From a virus (lineage: Duplodnaviria; Heunggongvirae; Uroviricota; Caudoviricetes): 13,570 bases of DNA. Both the position numbers and the translations under genes were made by a program. Positions 8,918 through 13,570 of this stretch are shown one piece after another. The notes below the pieces were generated by a model, which had not been told where the DNA came from, did no database searches, and worked only from the letters and a program-made list of their open reading frames with translations. How positions within the stretch are numbered: position 1 is the stretch's first letter; every line of letters starts with the position of its first letter. Location: IMG/VR virus record IMGVR_UViG_2731957955_000008; one strand, 5' to 3'.

Positions 8918-9589
8918 TCAGCGACCAATCACCACAACCTGACCACCGTCCCCTTCGTCTGCCGTGCTGATCTCCTGAGAAACCACGCGTGACCCCACGC
9001 GCATTTCNCCGTACAGAACNGGCAGAACATTGCCCTGGGCAACCATGTTATCCAGTGAGGAGAAATAGGTGTTCTGNTTNCCGTTATCCGTTGTCTGTGT
9101 ACGGGGAGTTCTGGCTTTCGGTGCCAGCATCTGCGCCACACCACCGAGCACCATACTGGCACCGAGAGAAAACAGGATGCCGGTCATACCACCGGCCCCA
9201 ATGGCTGCCCCCCATGCTGCAAGGGTGGCTCCGGCGGTAAAGAATGATCCGGCAATGGCGGCAGCCCCCAGGACAATCTGGAATACGCCACCTGACTTGG
9301 CCCCGGCGACTCTGGGAACAATATGAATCACAGCGCCATCAGGCAGAGTCTCATGTAACTGCGCCGTTAACCCGGACGTGCTGACGTCCCGCCCGGCAAT
9401 CCGTACCTGATACCAGCCGTCGCTCAGTTTCTGACGAAACNCCGGGAGCTGTGTGGCCAGTGCNCGGATGGCTTCAGCCCCCGTTTTCACACGAAGGTCG
9501 ATGCGGCGGCCAAATCGTTGCAAATCCCCGTAAAGGCAGATGCGCGCCATGCCCGGTGACGCCAGAGGGAGTGTGTGCGTCGCTGCCAT
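8918..9589 (-). CDS. I: Tail tip assembly protein I
   Basis: 223-aa ORF MAATHTLPLASPGMARICLYGDLQRFGRRIDLRVKTGAEAI with a Gly/Ala-rich hydrophobic middle and a C-terminus ending QVVVIGR. Its length and 103-nt overlap with the end of K match the lambda arrangement as I recall it. Confidence 0.93.
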   Translation of the reverse strand: MAATHTLPLASPGMARICLYGDLQRFGRRIDLRVKTGAEAIXALATQLPXFRQKLSDGWYQVRIAGRDVSTSGLTAQLHETLPDGAVIHIVPRVAGAKSGGVFQIVLGAAAIAGSFFTAGATLAAWGAAIGAGGMTGILFSLGASMVLGGVAQMLAPKARTPRTQTTDNXXQNTYFSSLDNMVAQGNVLXVLYXEMRVGSRVVSQEISTADEGDGGQVVVIGR

Positions 9590-10230
9590 TTGTCGGTATA
9601 CCTCTCTCGTTTGCTCAGTTGTTCAGGAATATGGTGCAGCAGCTCGCCATCACCACAGTAAATGGCGGCATGATTCGGCACCGATGAACCAAAACAGCAC
9701 AGCAGCACATCGCCCGGCTGCGCCGCTGACAACGGCACCTGATACAGCCCTGTGGCCTCCAGATTATCCAGATAGAGATTCTGACCGTGACGCCACCAGT
9801 TATCCCCGCGATGAAAATCCGGCATCTCAATTCCCGCCAGATGGTAAGCGTCCCGGAACAGCGTGTAACAGTCCGTTACCCCGTGCTCAAAGCGCCGCCC
9901 GGTGAGATGCGGCACACAGCGGAATTTATGAATCGCCACCCGGCAGACCAGCCACCACGGCAAATCACTCTGTACCTGCAGCCGCCGGTCGGCCTCACTC
10001 AGCCAGGGCAGACCACCGGGGTGGCTGTGGACCAGCGCCACAATCTCTCCCTGCATTTCTGCACTCAGCCAGTCCTCCGGCGACATCCGGAAATACTCCT
10101 CCGGCTCACCGGAGATATTCACNCAGGGAAAATATCTTTCCTCCTCCGGCGTTCTCACCACGAAGCCGCACGACTCCGCTGGCGCACATCGCCGGGCGTG
10201 CGCCAGAATCGCTGATTCTGTCTCTGTCAT
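9487..10230 (-). CDS. K: Tail tip assembly protein K (N-terminal MPN/JAMM metalloprotease-like domain plus C-terminal NlpC/P60-like domain)
   Basis: 247-aa ORF beginning MTETESAILAHARRCAPAESCGFVV. It contains a full JAMM signature (HSHPGGLPWLSEAD, i.e. HxHx7Sx2D, with a candidate upstream Glu in PAESCGFVV) and an NlpC/P60-like Cys/His region (GVTDCYTLFRDAYH, NHAAIY, HHI). The ATG at 10228-10230 lies 5 nt after the L stop. An internal ATG at 10084-10086 would give the classical 199-aa lambda K. Confidence 0.9.
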   Translation of the reverse strand: MTETESAILAHARRCAPAESCGFVVRTPEEERYFPXVNISGEPEEYFRMSPEDWLSAEMQGEIVALVHSHPGGLPWLSEADRRLQVQSDLPWWLVCRVAIHKFRCVPHLTGRRFEHGVTDCYTLFRDAYHLAGIEMPDFHRGDNWWRHGQNLYLDNLEATGLYQVPLSAAQPGDVLLCCFGSSVPNHAAIYCGDGELLHHIPEQLSKRERYTDKWQRRTHSLWRHRAWRASAFTGICNDLAAASTFV

Positions 10231-10235
10231 GGGAT

Positions 10236-10934
10236 TTACTGCGAAAGTTTGTTAATGGAAAGGAAGCTGCCAAAGTTGCCGACATTATTGCGAAACTTAC
10301 AGCCACTCAGGCATTTGCTGCATTTATCCTTCGTGATATCGGACGTCGGCTGGTCATATTCATCCGCGACCGCCGGACCGCTATAACCGCACTCATCGCC
10401 GCGATAGGTCCAGGTGCAGGTGTTGGCCAGCATGATACGTCCCGGAAAAACAGCGCCATCCGTTTCAGTCGGCGTGGACAGTACAAAAGAGGCACTGACC
10501 GCGCTCAGTTCGCTGCACTGCTCGATGCGCCAGCGGCTGATCACCTCCTGCTCCGGATCGGCTTCGCTGTTTCCGTTGACGAAGTTCACCGCATCCAGAA
10601 AGCGGGCGTAAACCTTACGCCGGACCACCGTTCCGCCGACCAGACTCTGCAGATCTTCCGCCATCCCGGTGATCATGCCGTACAGGTTAGAAACCGTCAG
10701 CGTGGGGCGCGTACTGGTGCCTTTGCCATTCAGTTCAAAACCGCTCCCCTGAATGGGATACGGCTGATACTGTCGCCCCTGCCAGGTGACCGGCTCACCT
10801 TTTTCGTTCTGCTCATTACAGAAAAAATAACGTTCTCCACCGACCTCTGTCAGNTCGATTTCCCAGAGCACCACGCTGGCCGACTGCTCCGCACGGGTGC
10901 ATTCATTCAGTGTTTCCTGCCGGATATCCTGCAT
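10236..10934 (-). CDS. L: Tail tip protein L
   Basis: 232-aa ORF MQDIRQETLNECTRAEQSASVVLWEI with a C-terminal cysteine cluster (CTWTYRGDECGYSG, then KCSKCLSGC) consistent with the Fe-S site described for lambda gpL. Its start overlaps the M stop as ATGA at 10931-10934. Confidence 0.95.
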   Translation of the reverse strand: MQDIRQETLNECTRAEQSASVVLWEIXLTEVGGERYFFCNEQNEKGEPVTWQGRQYQPYPIQGSGFELNGKGTSTRPTLTVSNLYGMITGMAEDLQSLVGGTVVRRKVYARFLDAVNFVNGNSEADPEQEVISRWRIEQCSELSAVSASFVLSTPTETDGAVFPGRIMLANTCTWTYRGDECGYSGPAVADEYDQPTSDITKDKCSKCLSGCKFRNNVGNFGSFLSINKLSQ

Positions 10935-11263
10935 CAGTTCACCACCTGTTCAAACTCTGCGCTGAACTCAACACGCAGCATACTGACCCGCGACGACCAT
11001 TTTGCGCAGGTCACCTTTATCTGCCGCCACTCATAAGGCGGCGTCCACAGAAAGGATTTCCAGCCCCCGTGCTCTTCCAGAAACGACTCCAGTACCGTGG
11101 CCTCCTCACGGGGGACAGAAAGCGTCACGCTGTACGTTTTCAGGTTGGCATTCAGCCCGGCAGGCGCTCGCTGAGAATAGCCATCACCAAAGCGCACCTT
11201 TCTTACAGAAGGGACCGAAGCCACATCCATACCGGGTTTCACTTTCCAGCGGAAGGTCTTCAT
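10934..11263 (-). CDS. M: Tail tip protein M
   Basis: 109-aa ORF MKTFRWKVKPGMDVASVPSVRKVRFGDGYSQRAPAGLNANLKTYSV, the lambda M length. Its ATG overlaps the stop of the H C-terminal frame as ATGA at 11260-11263. Confidence 0.95.
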   Translation of the reverse strand: MKTFRWKVKPGMDVASVPSVRKVRFGDGYSQRAPAGLNANLKTYSVTLSVPREEATVLESFLEEHGGWKSFLWTPPYEWRQIKVTCAKWSSRVSMLRVEFSAEFEQVVN

Positions 11264-11697
11264 CGTCCACCTCCGGAGAACAGGCCACCATCACGCATCT
11301 GTGTCTGAATTTCATCACGGGCACCCTTGCGGGCCATGTCATACACCGCCTTCAGAGCAGCCGGACCTATCTGCCCGTTCGTGCCGTCGTTGTTAATCAC
11401 CACATGGTTATTCTGCTCAAACGTCCCGGACGCCTGCGACCGGCTGTCTGCCATGCTGCCCGGTGTACCGACATAACCGCCGGTGGCATAGCCGCGCATC
11501 AGCCGGTAAAGATTCCCCACGCCAATCCGGCTGGTTGCCTCCTTCGTGAAGACAAACTCACCACGGTGAACAATCCCCGCTGGCTCATATTTGCCGCCGG
11601 TTCCCGTAAATCCTCCGGTTGCAAAATGGAATTTCGCCGCAGCGGCCTGAATGGCTGTACCGCCTGACGCGGATGCGCCGCCACCAACAGCGTTCCT
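11260..11697 (-). CDS. H: Tape measure protein H, C-terminal segment (second frame of a disrupted H gene)
   Basis: This frame is open from just after a TGA at 11698-11700 down to the stop at 11260. By my own translation it encodes AVGGGASASGGTAIQAAAAKFHFATGGFTGTGGKYEPAGIVHRGEFVFTKEATSRIGVGNLYRLMRGYATGGYVGTP, continuing to the ORF-track ending DGGLFSGGGR, a Gly-rich tape-measure C-terminus. Confidence 0.8.
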   Translation of the reverse strand, partial: RNAVGGGASASGGTAIQAAAAKFHFATGGFTGTGGKYEPAGIVHRGEFVFTKEATSRIGVGNLYRLMRGYATGGYVGTPGSMADSRSQASGTFEQNNHVVINNDGTNGQIGPAALKAVYDMARKGARDEIQTQMRDGGLFSGGGR

Positions 11698-13489
11698 TCA
11701 GGCGCTGTTCCGTGGCTTCCCGTTCTGCCTGCCGGTCAGTCAGCCCCCGGCTTTTCGCATCAATGGCGGCCCGTTTTGCCCGTTGCTGCTGTGCGAATTT
11801 ATCCGCCTGCTGCGCCAGCGCGTTCAGGCGCTCCTGATACGTAACCTTGTCGCCAAGTGCAGCCAGCTGGCGTTTGTACTCCAGCGTCTCATCTTTATGC
11901 GCCAGCAGGGATTTCTCCTGTGCAGACAGCTGGCGACGTTGCGCCGCCTCCTCCAGTACCGCGAACTGACTCTCCGCCTTCCACAAATCCCGGCGCTGCT
12001 GGCTGATTTTCTCATTTGCTCCGGCATGCTTCTCCAGCGTCCGGAGTTCTGCCTGAAGCGTCAGCAGGGCAGCATGANCACTGTCTTCCTGACGATCGCC
12101 CGCAGACACCTTCACGCCGGACTGTTTCGGCTTTTTCAGCGTCGCTTCATAATCCTTTTTCGCCGCCGCCATCAGCGTGTTGTAATCCGCCTGCAGGATT
12201 TTCCCGTCTTTCAGTGCCTTGTTCAGTTCTTCCTGACGGGCGGTATATTTCTCCAGNGGCGTCTGCAGCCGTTCGTAAGCCTTCTGCGCCTCTTCGGTAT
12301 ATTTCAGCCGTGACGCTTCGGTATCGCTCTGCTGCTGCGCATTTTTGTCCTGTTGANTCTGCTGCTCAGCCTTCTTTCGGGCNGCTTCAAGCGCAAGACG
12401 GGCCTTTTCACGATCATCCCAGTAACGCGCCCGCGCTTCATCGTTAACAAAATAATCATCCTTGCGCAGATTCCAGATNTCGTCNGCTTTCTTAAACGCN
12501 GCCTCTGCCTTAATCAGCATCTCCTGCGCGGTATCAGGACGACCAATATCCAGCACCGCATCCCACATGGATTTGAATGCCCGNGCNGTCCTGTCTGCCC
12601 AGGTNTCCAGCGTGCCCATGTTCTCTTTCANGCGNCGGGTCTGGTCATCAAACCCTTTCGTTGCGGCCTCGTTCGCCGCCTGCAATGCCCCGGCTTCATC
12701 GCCGGAACGCTGCAACTGAGCAACATACGCAATCTGCTCCGCCGTCACGTTATGNAACTGGCGTGCCATCGCCGTCAGCCCCGACGTCGGGTCTGTGGTC
12801 AGCTTCCCGAAGGCTTCAGCGACCTTGTCCACCTCCACGCCGGATGCAGAGGAGAAACGCGCCACACTCTGGCTGATGGACGCAATCTGAGCCTCACCGC
12901 TTACCCCCGCCTTAACCAGTGCGCTGAGTGACTCGCTGGTCTGGTTAAACGTCAGCCCTGCCGCCTGCCCGGCTCTGGACAGGACCAGCATACGATCTGC
13001 CGTCAGTCCCGCCTGATTGCCGGAAAGGACCAGCGTTTTGTTGAAATCGGACAGGGTTGAGTTGCCCTGATACCAGGCATACGCCAGCGCNCCGGTCGCC
13101 ACCGCCAGCGAGGTNGCCCCCACCATCGGCAGGGTGATCGCACCGGCAAGCCCCCNGAACATGGGGATCATCCCGCCGAAGGAGTCCTTNACCTGACCNC
13201 CCTGTTGCAGCAGGATCAGCCACGGACTTTGCCCGCCTGCAAGCTGCGTGGCCACGTCNGTGAACTGNGCAGGCAGCATACGCATGGCGGCTTTATACTG
13301 CCCGACGGAAATNCCCGCTTTCTGTGCAGCCAGCGCCTGNCGGNTCANCGACTGTTCAACGACTGCCGCTGTTTTTTTCGCATCACTTTCCGTACCGGAA
13401 AAATGACGCCTGACTCTGGCCATCTGCTCGTCAAATCTGGCCGCATCCAGACTCAAATCAACGACCAGATCGCCTACCGGTTCAGCCAT
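11585..13489 (-). CDS. H: Tape measure protein H, N-terminal segment (frame leaves the H reading frame near nt 11692; tail of ORF is out-of-frame read-through)
   Basis: 634-aa ORF beginning MAEPVGDLVVDLSLDAARFDEQMARVRRHFSGTESDAKK with coiled-coil-rich, tape-measure-like content through ...ATEQRLKE. The last 35 aa (RCWWRRIRVRRYSHSG...) are Arg/Cys-rich nonsense. Many X residues come from N bases between 12067 and 13348. Confidence 0.85.
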   Translation of the reverse strand: MAEPVGDLVVDLSLDAARFDEQMARVRRHFSGTESDAKKTAAVVEQSXXXQALAAQKAXISVGQYKAAMRMLPXQFXDVATQLAGGQSPWLILLQQXGQXKDSFGGMIPMFXGLAGAITLPMVGXTSLAVATXALAYAWYQGNSTLSDFNKTLVLSGNQAGLTADRMLVLSRAGQAAGLTFNQTSESLSALVKAGVSGEAQIASISQSVARFSSASGVEVDKVAEAFGKLTTDPTSGLTAMARQXHNVTAEQIAYVAQLQRSGDEAGALQAANEAATKGFDDQTXRXKENMGTLXTWADRXXRAFKSMWDAVLDIGRPDTAQEMLIKAEXAFKKXDXIWNLRKDDYFVNDEARARYWDDREKARLALEXARKKAEQQXQQDKNAQQQSDTEASRLKYTEEAQKAYERLQTXLEKYTARQEELNKALKDGKILQADYNTLMAAAKKDYEATLKKPKQSGVKVSAGDRQEDSXHAALLTLQAELRTLEKHAGANEKISQQRRDLWKAESQFAVLEEAAQRRQLSAQEKSLLAHKDETLEYKRQLAALGDKVTYQERLNALAQQADKFAQQQRAKRAAIDAKSRGLTDRQAEREATEQRLKERCWWRRIRVRRYSHSGRCGEIPFCNRRIYGNRRQI

Positions 13490-13570
13490 ACCGGACTCCT
13501 CCTGCGATCCCTTCTGATACTGTCATCAGCATTACGTCATCCTCCGTCATGTCCGCCACATCCGGGGAAG
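13482..13570 (-). CDS. T: 3' end of the T frame of the G-T tail assembly chaperone (partial, runs off the window)
   Basis: By my own translation the minus-strand frame ending in TGA at 13482-13484 is open to the window edge and reads ...SPDVADMTEDDVMLMTVSEGIAGGVRYG*. Its stop overlaps the H start (ATGGCTGA), and an AGGAGG SD for H lies within it. Confidence 0.6.
   Translation of the reverse strand, partial: SPDVADMTEDDVMLMTVSEGIAGGVRYG

Noticed and set aside
11651-12931. Plus-strand ORFs antisense to H (e.g. 11651..12313, 12353..12931)
   Set aside because: They are embedded in the tape-measure gene, contain many X residues from N bases, and have no recognisable motifs.
1-13570. Integrase, attachment site, tRNA or rRNA genes
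   Set aside because: None was seen. The window lies wholly inside the late structural region plus one cargo gene, so no prophage boundary can be called from it.

Overview
This window is the tail-tip and tail-fibre end of a lambda-type siphophage or prophage from an enterobacterial host (probably Escherichia/Shigella), with all phage genes on the minus strand. Reading in the phage direction (high to low coordinates) the order is: 3' end of T (G-T chaperone frame), H (tape measure, disrupted), M, L, K, I, J, lom, stf, tfa. Gene order, protein lengths (M 109, L 232, I 223, tfa 194 aa) and the ATGA/TAATG coupled junctions match phage lambda as I recall it; no search was run. Beyond tfa, on the opposite strand, lies an AT-rich cargo gene for a membrane-anchored GGDEF diguanylate cyclase, which is the best candidate here for something not previously described. 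Other points worth a second look are a tape-measure gene split across two frames and apparently shortened, a long mosaic side tail fibre with tandem fibre repeats and a His-box tip, and a J protein of non-lambda length. The sequence carries many ambiguous bases (N), so any frameshift must be treated with caution. No rRNA, tRNA, CRISPR array, integrase or att site was seen.
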